From Candidatus Babeliales bacterium (lineage in GTDB: Bacteria > Babelota > Babeliae > Babelales > JANWKD01), in the NCBI GenBank assembly GCA_963762115.1, contig CAVXJH010000006.1:384001-448000 (forward strand): 64,000 nt of DNA, read 5' to 3'. The notes beneath the pieces are model-generated. The model was not told where the DNA came from, ran no database searches, and was given only the letters and a program-made list of their open reading frames with translations. Shown one piece after another: positions 54,545 to 64,000 of the stretch. The translations under genes and the position numbers were made by a program. Each line of letters begins with the position of its first letter. The first letter of the stretch is position 1.

Positions 54545-56023
54545 TTATTGCAAGCCGCATGATGGGTAATATGAATATGTATCTTGTTCAGTTGGGGCGA
54601 TATGATCATTATTTTCATTGATTTCTTTAGTTTCAGTTTTAGCGGGCAATGATAATGTTGCATCTATTTTTTTTAATAGTTGATTTTTATAATCTTCAGG
54701 TAAATCGTTTATTAGTGTTGATTGCTTAAGCGCTGATAACAATGTTTTATCATGAGAAGAATTTGAAAATGCAATGAATGCAAAGATTTCTTTAAGTGAG
54801 GGTATATTGAATTTTTTTATACCGTCAAAATGGCCATTCCATGGTTGTTCAAAAAAATTGATTACTTTTCCTGTTTCAATGTCACACGAAAGAAATTTAA
54901 AAACTTTATGAACATAAGCTTCTGCGCCAAATTGTAAACAATACGTTAAAATACCATTATCAAAGTCTGCAATGCGTTTGGTAGCATATCCCCCGAATAT
55001 TGATTTTGTATTATTTTCTGTATTTTGAGGTTGTGGAGAAAATTTTTTAAGAAAAGTTAATGTGTTATCAATATTTTCAATAAAATAAAAATCACTATTT
55101 GCGTCATTTGTTGTTAAAATAATATTTTTTTTGTTATTGATTAAAGTTGCACATATATTTTGGGGAAATTCAAGTGAAGATATTTTTTGTAAAAATGTTC
55201 CATCATTATTTTTACGTACTGCCCATAGAAAGTTTTTTGTATCAAGTAAGAGCAATAAACTATTATGATCGGTATCTTGTACATGAATGACTTTTGTTAG
55301 AGAGGGTTTTTCTTCTTGAATTTTTATAACGTGTTCATCTTGCATATTCCAAATAGTGACTTTATGTAGATTTGAAGGATAGCTAGGCAATCGGCAAGTG
55401 GCAAAAGTTTTATTGTCTAGAAAAGAAACAAATGATGGATATTTAAAAGGGCATGGTGTATCTAATTGTTCATCGATAGATGCTTTGTTTTTCCATATTC
55501 CATTATCATTTGTCGCAACGGTAATATGTTCCTGGTCATCAGTTGCTTGAAAAGTAAACGTTAAATATTTTTTATTAGGTGAAAGTTCAGACTTAACCAG
55601 TTGACCTTGATAATTAGAATCACTCAACAACATTCTATGAGTAATATTATATGCCATATTATTACGGCTTGCATAACAATTTATGCTAAAATCAAAGGTA
55701 TATCCATGAGTTGTAGCTTCAATTAATGTTTGTTGTTCAACAAGTGGTTGCAATTCAATAGGTAACCTTGCAAGTGTGTTATTTGTTTTTGTGAAAAATG
55801 TATCAACGGTACTTCCAGTTATTTTATGAAAGTGAGATACGATATTTTTTCCAACTTGTTTACTTGCACAGTGAATGAGAGAAAGCGGTTGATTTGTAAA
55901 ACAATCTCGAGCGCGATCATATTTTGGTGTATTTGGTCTTTCTACTGTTTCTGTTATTTCCATTGCATTAAGCGGGAAGTATACAACAGCAAAGAGCAAA
56001 AGAGTTCGAAGTGTCTGTTTCAT
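54545..56023 (-). CDS. Secreted beta-propeller-like orphan (LNA-ME motif) ending in CaaX (CGLQ); paralog of 56715-57953
   Basis: MKQTLRTLLLFAVVYFPLNA-ME; LARLPIEL; WD-like LSPNKKYL and VTIWNM; terminal YPSCGLQ*. Confidence 0.75.
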   Translation of the reverse strand: MKQTLRTLLLFAVVYFPLNAMEITETVERPNTPKYDRARDCFTNQPLSLIHCASKQVGKNIVSHFHKITGSTVDTFFTKTNNTLARLPIELQPLVEQQTLIEATTHGYTFDFSINCYASRNNMAYNITHRMLLSDSNYQGQLVKSELSPNKKYLTFTFQATDDQEHITVATNDNGIWKNKASIDEQLDTPCPFKYPSFVSFLDNKTFATCRLPSYPSNLHKVTIWNMQDEHVIKIQEEKPSLTKVIHVQDTDHNSLLLLLDTKNFLWAVRKNNDGTFLQKISSLEFPQNICATLINNKKNIILTTNDANSDFYFIENIDNTLTFLKKFSPQPQNTENNTKSIFGGYATKRIADFDNGILTYCLQFGAEAYVHKVFKFLSCDIETGKVINFFEQPWNGHFDGIKKFNIPSLKEIFAFIAFSNSSHDKTLLSALKQSTLINDLPEDYKNQLLKKIDATLSLPAKTETKEINENNDHIAPTEQDTYSYYPSCGLQ

Positions 56024-56216
56024 CGAATGTCCTACCATATAAAATTTATTAAAAATATACATAGAATATTAAGTTTTTTTGATGAATTGTCAAATTGAAT
56101 AGATGTTATGAGATTTTTTAAAACATTTTTTTTGATTGAAGTATTGACATGATAAAAGGCAAAAGAAGTAATCTTGATTTTGTAATCGTTATGTTAATTT
56201 TAATAAAAGGAATTAT

Positions 56217-56612
56217 ATGAATGGACAATCAGCTTCAAAGCTTACGCATGGTACTTGGTTAATGCTTAAGGTCACCTATGGTTTAGTTGGCATAGCAGCA
56301 GGTGCTGACAAATTTTTTAATATTATTACTAACTGGGAACAATATTTGAGCCCTAAGATTAGTGCACTTATCCCTCTTATTCCTACTCATTTTATGTATA
56401 TTGTTGGTATTGTTGAAATTGCAGTAGGAATTTTAATTCTTACCAAATTCACGCGTCTTGGTGCGTATCTTATTGCTGCATGGCTTGTCATAATTGTAGC
56501 AAATTTACTTTCAATGGGCATGTATTATGATATTGCTGTTCGCGATGTTGTCATGGCTGTTGGCGCGTTAGCTCTTGCGCAACTTACCCTTATACAAGAA
56601 AAAAATATATAA
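56217..56612 (+). CDS. DoxX-family membrane protein
   Basis: AGADKFFN..W..YL, VGIVEIAVG, YYDIAVRD. Confidence 0.8.
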   Translation: MNGQSASKLTHGTWLMLKVTYGLVGIAAGADKFFNIITNWEQYLSPKISALIPLIPTHFMYIVGIVEIAVGILILTKFTRLGAYLIAAWLVIIVANLLSMGMYYDIAVRDVVMAVGALALAQLTLIQEKNI

Positions 56613-56714
56613 TAATTTTAAAGATTTAAGTGTAAAAATATCTTATTTGAATCTAACTGTAAAATTTGGGCGGCAAGCTCTAGCTGCTCATGGGGCTGTT
56701 TGCCCCTGAATTGC

Positions 56715-57953
56715 TCAGTGTAATTTTTGATCTATGTGTGAATTTGCACCTGCAATTGATGCAAAAATTGCATTTAAGGGCGGATTAAGCATTGGTTCAA
56801 AACCGTATTCTAGTTCTATATTATTAACAATTTTTTCTGTATCGATATCGATTGAGGTGTGCTCGTAAATAGGCGATTTATCTGCATGTTCAAAAGTTAA
56901 AATGCCATTTTCAAAGCTTCTTATATAATATCTTGGGAATTTAGTTGGTGCTGATTTTAGCGAAATTTTTTTGATTAATGTTAATGAACCATCGATATTG
57001 GCAATAACCCGAATAGTAAGGCTATTAGGATTTGATAAAGCAATAAGTTGCTTGTTTTTTGCTTCAAAAACATCATGCAAATCATGCAGTGATTCAAGAG
57101 AGGTAATTTTTTGTAAATATTTTCCGTTATTGTTTTTATGACATCCCCATAAGGTTTTCTTTGTATCTAGAAAAAGTAAAAATTCTTTACAAGATGACTC
57201 TATATCTCCAACAGTAAATTCTAGTGGTTCCTCTGTTCGAGTTAAATTGCCATTATCTGCAATATGCCAAATATCAATTTTTTCAGGGGAATTATTTATC
57301 CAAGAAAGACAAGTCTGATGATCTACAAAGCGAGCAACATGGTTTTCACAATTGTCTGCTTTTTGTTGAGTTGCTGAAAGGCTATTGAATATGTTGTTAT
57401 CATTTTTAAAAAATTGAATATTTCCATTATGAAGTGCAATTGCTAATAATTGTTCATTTGATGAAAGGTGACAATCAAATACCACTGAATCAAAATCTAA
57501 GTGCTGAAGGGCCACTGCTTGATTTCCATTTTCATTAAATATTTTTTTTCTTATTGTTACGCGGAAGCCATAACTGCGCACTCCATACATAAATTTCCAG
57601 TCGGGATCTTGGAGCTTATTCTTACTATAATCACCTATATAACCTCTCTTTGCTGCTTCAATTAATGTTTGCTGTTCAACAAGAGGCCGCAATTCAATTG
57701 GCAACGTTGTAAATTCTGCGTTAAATTCTGATGCGAATGCATCGACTGTTTCACCATTTATTTGACCAAAATATTCTGATATATTTTGTGCAACTTGTTT
57801 GCTTGATTGATGTATGAGAGAAAGTGGCTGCGTGGTAAAGCAATCTCGTGCGCGATCATATTTTGGCGTGTTAGGTTTTTCTGTTATTTCCATCGCATTA
57901 AGTGGAAAGTATATAACAAAAAAGAGAAAAAAAATGCGAAGAGATTGTTTCAT
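56715..57953 (-). CDS. Secreted beta-propeller-like orphan (LNA-ME motif); paralog of 54545-56023
   Basis: Shares PNTPKYDRARDCFT.QPLSLIH and LPIEL.PLVEQQTLIEA; WD-like LSSNEQLLAIALHNGNIQFF. Confidence 0.75.
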   Translation of the reverse strand: MKQSLRIFFLFFVIYFPLNAMEITEKPNTPKYDRARDCFTTQPLSLIHQSSKQVAQNISEYFGQINGETVDAFASEFNAEFTTLPIELRPLVEQQTLIEAAKRGYIGDYSKNKLQDPDWKFMYGVRSYGFRVTIRKKIFNENGNQAVALQHLDFDSVVFDCHLSSNEQLLAIALHNGNIQFFKNDNNIFNSLSATQQKADNCENHVARFVDHQTCLSWINNSPEKIDIWHIADNGNLTRTEEPLEFTVGDIESSCKEFLLFLDTKKTLWGCHKNNNGKYLQKITSLESLHDLHDVFEAKNKQLIALSNPNSLTIRVIANIDGSLTLIKKISLKSAPTKFPRYYIRSFENGILTFEHADKSPIYEHTSIDIDTEKIVNNIELEYGFEPMLNPPLNAIFASIAGANSHIDQKLH

Positions 57954-58094
57954 GAAAAATAAATCCTATAAAAAATAATAAAATAAGTTTTTTACATTAT
58001 ATAGAATCTAAAGTATTTTTTTGAATAGTCAAACTGAATCATTGTTTGAAAAAAGCTTTTACTACAAAGCAATGTTCTAAATAATTTTTTATGT

Positions 58095-59363
58095 CTAAAA
58101 ATTTAAGGTAATTGCAGCACCAACCGTGTTAACAAGTATTGCACGTGTTCCATTAAATGGTAATTTGTAAAACACAAAAATATTAGGCTTTAAGCTCGCC
58201 GAGTTATCAAGATCGCACTGAAAATCATAATTTATTTTAAAAATGACTTGATGCATGGTCCATTCTTGTAATTTTTCTGCGGTGTTTGCAATGTCATTAG
58301 AATATTGATTAGTAAATAGTGCTAACTTGTCTTCGCCATGTCGCCAAAATTGATAAATCATGCCAGCAGAAAGGCCATGGAAGAATCGATATCCTTCAAA
58401 ATAAAGATTGTATTGTTGGGTAAAACCATAATCGGTGTGCGCATATACTTTTGCCAAAAATAAAAGATCGGTTTGATCTTTTTGTGTTTTGATGCGTTGG
58501 AAGCGCGAATTGCCAAATAAATGTAAAAATTCAAAATCAAGGCCACCGCGAATATAATCAAACCAGTTGAGCGTTATGCCAGCGCCAAACCATAAGCCTG
58601 CTGATCCGTTATAGCCAAAAGGAATTGATAAAATTTGATCTTCGTTGGTGCGTAATCCCGTTGGCAAGGTGATACCAAGACGTGTTGTTAAATCAACATT
58701 TTTTAAAATAGGTTTTGCTTGGCAAAATGAACCTTGCCAATCGGCAAAAAGTGCGAAATCGCCAACGCCAGTTCGATTCCATCCTCTGAGATCAAGTGAT
58801 GGGTCTAATGCTAGCATTGTTTGGAAAAAATTATCAGTGAGGTTTTCACGAACGATAATATCTTCATTGGTGAGATCTTGGGTCAAATCTTTAAATACGA
58901 TGTTTTTTAATTTCATAGCATAAAAAGGTAAATGAGCACTCAAAGTAATATCATAAGGCAGATGGTAACGTGCAGAAATGCCGGCGCTTGCAGTGAGGTC
59001 AAATTTTCCGGTAACGGTGAAATGTCCCCGTACGCCATCATCTTGTGGGTTCATGAGAATATTTTGAAAAAAACGAGTTTCAGGACTATTAGCAGGAAAT
59101 CCCTGCAGCATTGCAAGAGCATCTTGTGTTGGTTGCCATAGTTGCATAACGTTTACTTTATCATTATCAGGATTATAACCACGTGCTTTTAATCCTGTTT
59201 CATCATAACCAGTGAGTTGAAAAGAAGTATTGCACCAAAGAGGAGGGCGCAGATTAATATCCCAAGGGGTAAATACGTTAATCGGAAAAATACCGTGTGT
59301 TTTTTCTACAAAAACTAAACAGAGTATAACAAGATAAAAAAATTTATTTTTATTAATGACCAT
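58095..59363 (-). CDS. Putative outer-membrane beta-barrel protein
   Basis: Signal peptide, GVGDFAL, LGITLPTG, alternating beta strands, terminal Phe (AITLNF). Confidence 0.65.
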   Translation of the reverse strand: MVINKNKFFYLVILCLVFVEKTHGIFPINVFTPWDINLRPPLWCNTSFQLTGYDETGLKARGYNPDNDKVNVMQLWQPTQDALAMLQGFPANSPETRFFQNILMNPQDDGVRGHFTVTGKFDLTASAGISARYHLPYDITLSAHLPFYAMKLKNIVFKDLTQDLTNEDIIVRENLTDNFFQTMLALDPSLDLRGWNRTGVGDFALFADWQGSFCQAKPILKNVDLTTRLGITLPTGLRTNEDQILSIPFGYNGSAGLWFGAGITLNWFDYIRGGLDFEFLHLFGNSRFQRIKTQKDQTDLLFLAKVYAHTDYGFTQQYNLYFEGYRFFHGLSAGMIYQFWRHGEDKLALFTNQYSNDIANTAEKLQEWTMHQVIFKINYDFQCDLDNSASLKPNIFVFYKLPFNGTRAILVNTVGAAITLNF

Positions 59364-59380
59364 AGTTGCAATATCCTTAT

Positions 59381-62266
59381 TTATTCATTAGAGCGAATAC
59401 CAAAATCTCCGGCTGCAATCCAATTTCCTGTAGCAGAGTTTTGAACAATTTTTACTATATTATTTGCTTTGTGCCCTTGGAGTGGCATTTGAGAACAAAA
59501 GTGATCCGAGACAAAGACTTTTTTAATCATTTCTTGAGGAATTAAATTTAAAAATGGTTTTTCTGATGTTTGGCGTGATCGTGAGCTAAAATAATGACTC
59601 CCATCAGTGACAAAATTTGATCTGAAATTATTAAATGATAAAAAAGGCGTTGGAATATCTTTATAAATATGATCATTTGTTGCTTGCACGGTTGTTTCTT
59701 TGATGCCTTTTTCATAGACATTATCAATATATAAACGGAAAACATCAGTTTTATTTTCTGCTAAGGATCCTGTTGATGCAAAGAGTTGAGCGCCATGGGC
59801 AAAATCATGTTCATGACGAGTGCGTGTGACAAAAAATAGTTTATAAACACACGTTGAATTGCACGGTAGTTTCACCGATGTTAACCGAGATGTGCTTAAT
59901 GTATTATTTTCATAACGTGCGTCAGTTCCTTGTGGATTATGCAACAGACCGTTCGATGTTGCGAGTAACACAAGAGGTCCAGAAACGCTACCGTCAAAGA
60001 TAATTTCTGTGTTGCTTTTTACTAAGGTATGAGCAGTTAGTTCTGGCTTTAATAACGATTCGGGAGATAAAGGAATTCGCTCGACCGTTTTATTGGTGAT
60101 GATATAAAGATTATTATTATCGCAGATTAATTTTTGAATGAAGCGAGAATTGCCACATTTTTTAAAGTTCATTGCAGCGGCATGAGTTTCAAATAATGGC
60201 GCTATGCCATGTTCTGTTGACCAGCCATTGCCATGTGCATCAGTAAGCACGGCAACACCACGAGCACCACCAACAAAAAGCCATGATTGTGTGCCGTTGG
60301 TGCCAATCGCTGCACAGGTTATAGAGCCAAGTGCTGCCAAAATGTCATCTGAAAAAATCAATGTTTTTGGCATTTCTGATGGTTGGTTTGGGTTAATAGT
60401 TTCCTGGGCATGGGCAATAGTATTTAAAAACATGTTTTTATGAGCAGTAAAAATACCATTTTTATTGTTACCACCCGTTTGAATGAGAGCAACTTTTTTT
60501 TGTCCCATTGCAATCATTAATGAGAGAGGATTTTCTTGTGTGCTTAATCCTGGTGTTGTGCAAGAAAAATCAACAAGCCCCTGTAATCCGCCGTGTTCTT
60601 GAGGAAAAATTGTTTCGATTAATCCTTCAAGAATATCATCTGGTGGTGGTATTTGTTCATTTTTTTTGCGTTTTAATGGATGTTTCCATTGTGTTAAAAC
60701 AAAAAGCGGCAAATCACTATATAAAAAACTAGTGGTATAGTGAGTGGGGTTAATGGAGAATTTAGCAACGCCAACTTCGACGCCAAAACGCTGCCAACAA
60801 GTCCACGCAGCAATTCTTCCTTCGTTATCAAGAATTGCTTGTGAATGGAAAATCCCTGGTTGTTGTCCATTGCCTGGCTGTGCAACACTCACAAACACGG
60901 CATCACCTGAACTATATATATCAGTTATGTCATTTGGTAGTATGCTTTGATTGCCAATACCTATGGCAGGATCATAACAAGAATAAAGATCATGAGCAGT
61001 TTTTGCTGGCGTTGTTAAAAGACGTGCTGTCAAGGTTTTGTCATAGCCATAAATTGCATGAGGCATATCAGATTTGGCAGCAAGAGTACCATGCAAATGA
61101 TCTTGCATAACTTCATGGCGACTTTTATCATGTCCACAGTGGGCAAGGGGAAGAGCATATAAGCAGCGCTTGGTAGTTTCTGGTGCACCGTGACCTCCTA
61201 AAACTATCAGATAGCGTATGCCGGTGCTGGTGATAAAAGGGCGAACTTTATGCAATGATATTTCTTGGTTGGGGCCAACGGCGCCGATGATTTTATCATT
61301 GCCATTGCATAATGCATCAGGTGTTATAGGGTCGAGTATTAATTTGTCTTCGTGAATTCTAGCAACTAGAAGTGCGCGTGCTCCTTGTTCATTTGTGGCA
61401 TCAGCTTTTGTTTTAATATGTAAGGCAATATAAAGTCGTTCAACATTGGGATGCCAGCACATATCAATGACATTTGGCGTAATTGATGCTAAGCCACCAT
61501 TAATGTTGAGCGCTGATGAAATTTCATGTATGCCTAAGGGAATAGCTTTATTACCAAATTCTATGCCGTTGGTTGCATCGAGAACATCAAGTTGTAATTC
61601 TGTTTTTGTGGAACTTCTGCCAATGGTTATTTTTTCTTTGGTGAGTTCTTCTTTTATAATAATATGATGTTTTATTAAAGAAAAACCGCTCTTGTCATCG
61701 CCAAAAAAGCCTTCATGTGGTGAGATGGCAGCAATTGTATACACATGCAGAGAAGTGTCACTGGTGCCGGTTACGGCAGTTTCTAGACATACAATTGCTT
61801 GTGCTTCATTGCCTTGTGCATCATTAAGAGGGGGTATGGTGATAATTGATTGCTGAGAAGTTGTTATAAGATTTTCCAAAAGACAAATTACATTAGGTAT
61901 ATCTGCTGGCACAGCAATTGGCTTATTAGCACCATTATTAAGATGAAGAATTTTTTTATCATATAAAGGATTTGGTTGATCAGGGATATAATTGATTTGT
62001 ACGCGTGGCGGTGTTAATCCAGTAATTATGTCGCCTTGTTGCGTGAGGAAATGTTGAACAATTGAATGGTCTTTACTACCAGGAACTGCTGCACCGGTAT
62101 ACGCTGCAAATGAGGTGAAGTACGCAGCGCCGACAGTATAAAGGCCTTTTTGTTCAGGTTCTTGTGGTTGTGTTGTACTATTGAGATCGTCTATAATCGG
62201 CTCAGACTCTGCTTGCGCATTTCGCGGTAACAGTAATAATAGTAAAAAAACTACGTTGAGAATCAT
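59381..62266 (-). CDS. Large secreted beta-rich (propeller-like) hypothetical protein
   Basis: 961-aa ORF, signal peptide AQA-ES, likely co-transcribed with the barrel gene. Confidence 0.7.
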   Translation of the reverse strand: MILNVVFLLLLLLPRNAQAESEPIIDDLNSTTQPQEPEQKGLYTVGAAYFTSFAAYTGAAVPGSKDHSIVQHFLTQQGDIITGLTPPRVQINYIPDQPNPLYDKKILHLNNGANKPIAVPADIPNVICLLENLITTSQQSIITIPPLNDAQGNEAQAIVCLETAVTGTSDTSLHVYTIAAISPHEGFFGDDKSGFSLIKHHIIIKEELTKEKITIGRSSTKTELQLDVLDATNGIEFGNKAIPLGIHEISSALNINGGLASITPNVIDMCWHPNVERLYIALHIKTKADATNEQGARALLVARIHEDKLILDPITPDALCNGNDKIIGAVGPNQEISLHKVRPFITSTGIRYLIVLGGHGAPETTKRCLYALPLAHCGHDKSRHEVMQDHLHGTLAAKSDMPHAIYGYDKTLTARLLTTPAKTAHDLYSCYDPAIGIGNQSILPNDITDIYSSGDAVFVSVAQPGNGQQPGIFHSQAILDNEGRIAAWTCWQRFGVEVGVAKFSINPTHYTTSFLYSDLPLFVLTQWKHPLKRKKNEQIPPPDDILEGLIETIFPQEHGGLQGLVDFSCTTPGLSTQENPLSLMIAMGQKKVALIQTGGNNKNGIFTAHKNMFLNTIAHAQETINPNQPSEMPKTLIFSDDILAALGSITCAAIGTNGTQSWLFVGGARGVAVLTDAHGNGWSTEHGIAPLFETHAAAMNFKKCGNSRFIQKLICDNNNLYIITNKTVERIPLSPESLLKPELTAHTLVKSNTEIIFDGSVSGPLVLLATSNGLLHNPQGTDARYENNTLSTSRLTSVKLPCNSTCVYKLFFVTRTRHEHDFAHGAQLFASTGSLAENKTDVFRLYIDNVYEKGIKETTVQATNDHIYKDIPTPFLSFNNFRSNFVTDGSHYFSSRSRQTSEKPFLNLIPQEMIKKVFVSDHFCSQMPLQGHKANNIVKIVQNSATGNWIAAGDFGIRSNE

Positions 62267-62483
62267 TTCCTAATCCTTATTTTTTATTTTTAAAATAGTT
62301 GCTCATTAATTCCTACGCATGTTGAGCATTTAGTGTAAGATAATTTTAAAAAAGAATCACTTTTTCAAAATTATTATAGCTTACAAAAAAAATATTTTAT
62401 TTCCAAATGATAAAACATATGCTATACAAATAAGAGTAAATAAGTTTTTTTAATTTTATAAAATATTCATAGTAGGTTTTTTA

Positions 62484-64000
62484 ATGCATGCTAAAGTTTA
62501 TGCTGCTACGCCGATTGGCATAGAAGCGCATGAGGTAGTTGTTGAAGTTGATCTATCCTTTGGTATGTTACAGTTCTTTATTGTTGGATTGCCTGATAGA
62601 GCCATTACAGAAAGTCGTCAACGAATTCAAACCGCGTTGAAAAACAGTGGTATTCGCTTGCCTGAACGTAAGATTACGGTGAATCTTGCACCAGCCGATC
62701 TGAAAAAAGAAGGAACGTTGTTTGATTTGCCGATTGCATTAGGCATTATGCAGGCAAGTAACTATATTGAATTATCAAAAGCTTTTCTGGAAGAAACATT
62801 GTTTTTGGGCGAGTTATCACTTGATGGTTCAATTCGAGGTATTAAAGGGGCTTTAGCCATTGCTTTTGATGCTAAAAAACTTGGCAAGCGTCGTATTATT
62901 TTATCAAAAGATAATGCTGCTGAAGCTGCATTAATTAGTGATATTGAAGTTATTGGCGTAGAAAGTTTGGTGCAATTAGTTGCTTTTGTGCGAGGGGAAT
63001 TAGCTCTTGAGCCTACACGCATTGAACTTGGTGCTTTACATGAAGCTATGTTTGATACGACCATTGATTTTGGTGAAGTTAAAGGGCAAACACAAGCAAA
63101 AAGAGCATTGCAAATTGCTGCCGCTGGAAGGCATAACATTCTTTTTATTGGACCTCCTGGATCAGGAAAAACAATGCTTGCAAAAAGGCTGCCAACACTC
63201 ATGCCTGCAATGACGTTTAAAGAAATTCTTGAAACAACAAAAATTTATTCAGTGAGTGGAAAATTATCAAACAAAGTGTTAATTACCCAACGGCCATTTC
63301 GAAGTCCTCATCACACTATTTCACAAGCGGGATTAGTTGGCGGTGGTTCTTTTCCACAACCTGGTGAAATTAGTTTGACGCATAACGGCATTTTATTTTT
63401 AGATGAGTTAACGGAATTTAAACGAACTACTTTGGAAGTTTTACGTCAACCATTGGAAAATAAAACGGTGTGTATTTCTCGTGCTAATCATGCTGTTTCT
63501 TTCCCCGCTTCATTTTTGTTGGTGGCGGCACTTAATCCGTGTCCTTGTGGTTTCTTGGGCGATAAGAAAAAAGAGTGTACTTGTTCTCGCGCACAAGTTG
63601 AGCGTTATTTGGAAAAACTTTCAGGTCCCTTGCTTGATCGCATTGATTTACAAATTAATGTACAATCAGTCAGTTATGATTCTCTGAAAGATACGTCACA
63701 AGGCCATAATTCAGCCGATTTATTAGTTGCCGTGAAACGCGCTGTTTTAAAACAGCGTGAACGATTTGGTGAACAAGATGTTTGGAATAGTTCAATGAAT
63801 AATGCTGCGCTTGATGCTCATTGTATTTTAACTGATGCAGCGCAAGAAATTATTAAAAAGGCTTTTGATAGATTGCGCTTGAGTATGCGTGGGTATCATA
63901 AAATTCTTAAAGTTGCTCGTACTATTGCGGATTTATCAGGGTCTGAAGTCATTGATGTTGTGCATATCCAAGAAGCAATTATGTATCGTTCTCTTGATCA
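62484..64000 (+). CDS. comM: ComM/YifB Mg-chelatase-like AAA+ ATPase (runs off the window; missing from the ORF track)
   Basis: MHAKVYAAT..IVGLPD..ITVNLAPADLKKEG, GPPGSGKTMLA, RPFRSPHHT, LDE, SGPLLDRID. Confidence 0.93.
   Translation, partial: MHAKVYAATPIGIEAHEVVVEVDLSFGMLQFFIVGLPDRAITESRQRIQTALKNSGIRLPERKITVNLAPADLKKEGTLFDLPIALGIMQASNYIELSKAFLEETLFLGELSLDGSIRGIKGALAIAFDAKKLGKRRIILSKDNAAEAALISDIEVIGVESLVQLVAFVRGELALEPTRIELGALHEAMFDTTIDFGEVKGQTQAKRALQIAAAGRHNILFIGPPGSGKTMLAKRLPTLMPAMTFKEILETTKIYSVSGKLSNKVLITQRPFRSPHHTISQAGLVGGGSFPQPGEISLTHNGILFLDELTEFKRTTLEVLRQPLENKTVCISRANHAVSFPASFLLVAALNPCPCGFLGDKKKECTCSRAQVERYLEKLSGPLLDRIDLQINVQSVSYDSLKDTSQGHNSADLLVAVKRAVLKQRERFGEQDVWNSSMNNAALDAHCILTDAAQEIIKKAFDRLRLSMRGYHKILKVARTIADLSGSEVIDVVHIQEAIMYRSLD

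Noticed and set aside
62762..63687. ORFs 62762-63202, 63007-63213 and 63481-63687
   Set aside because: Antisense or off-frame shadows of the comM CDS that starts at 62484
1..64000. tRNA, rRNA, tmRNA or known riboswitches; other short overlapping ORFs in the track
   Set aside because: No T-loop/anticodon patterns or rRNA-like blocks seen by eye (tRNAscan-SE and cmscan would be decisive); the short ORFs overlap well-supported genes

Overview
AT-rich bacterial chromosome segment. Gene content and style suggest an intracellular protist parasite, most likely Dependentiae/Babelota (TM6); this assignment is inferred, not shown. Housekeeping genes (murJ, ftsQAZ, a TrmH/RlmB-type methylase, a deoxynucleoside kinase, tyrS, valS, ybeY, comM, gspFGHIJK plus a long mlaD, sbtAB) are interleaved with about 20 orphan secreted proteins. 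Main observations: (1) 17 orphan proteins have a Sec-type signal peptide whose predicted cleavage leaves Met at +1 (mostly A-M-E or G-M-D), while the apparent envelope proteins do not. Several of the 17 also carry eukaryote-type signals: three C-terminal CaaX boxes, F-box-like motifs, a presequence-like N-terminus and a tail anchor. (2) A modular family of intergenic structured repeats shows compensatory base changes; two inverted copies bracket a Sel1 gene and one copy was hit by an intact IS4-family element with a 10-bp TSD. (3) A 568-bp tnpA-only IS200 interrupts a secreted-protein gene, and its removal restores the frame. (4) 22-bp tandem dyad repeats lie over the promoter of an AAA+/DUF4143 gene. 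(5) Several single genes are bracketed by short duplications. (6) Several enzyme folds lack their catalytic motifs. No rRNA, tRNA or CRISPR array was seen. Start codons were adjusted by eye using RBS and signal-peptide context.
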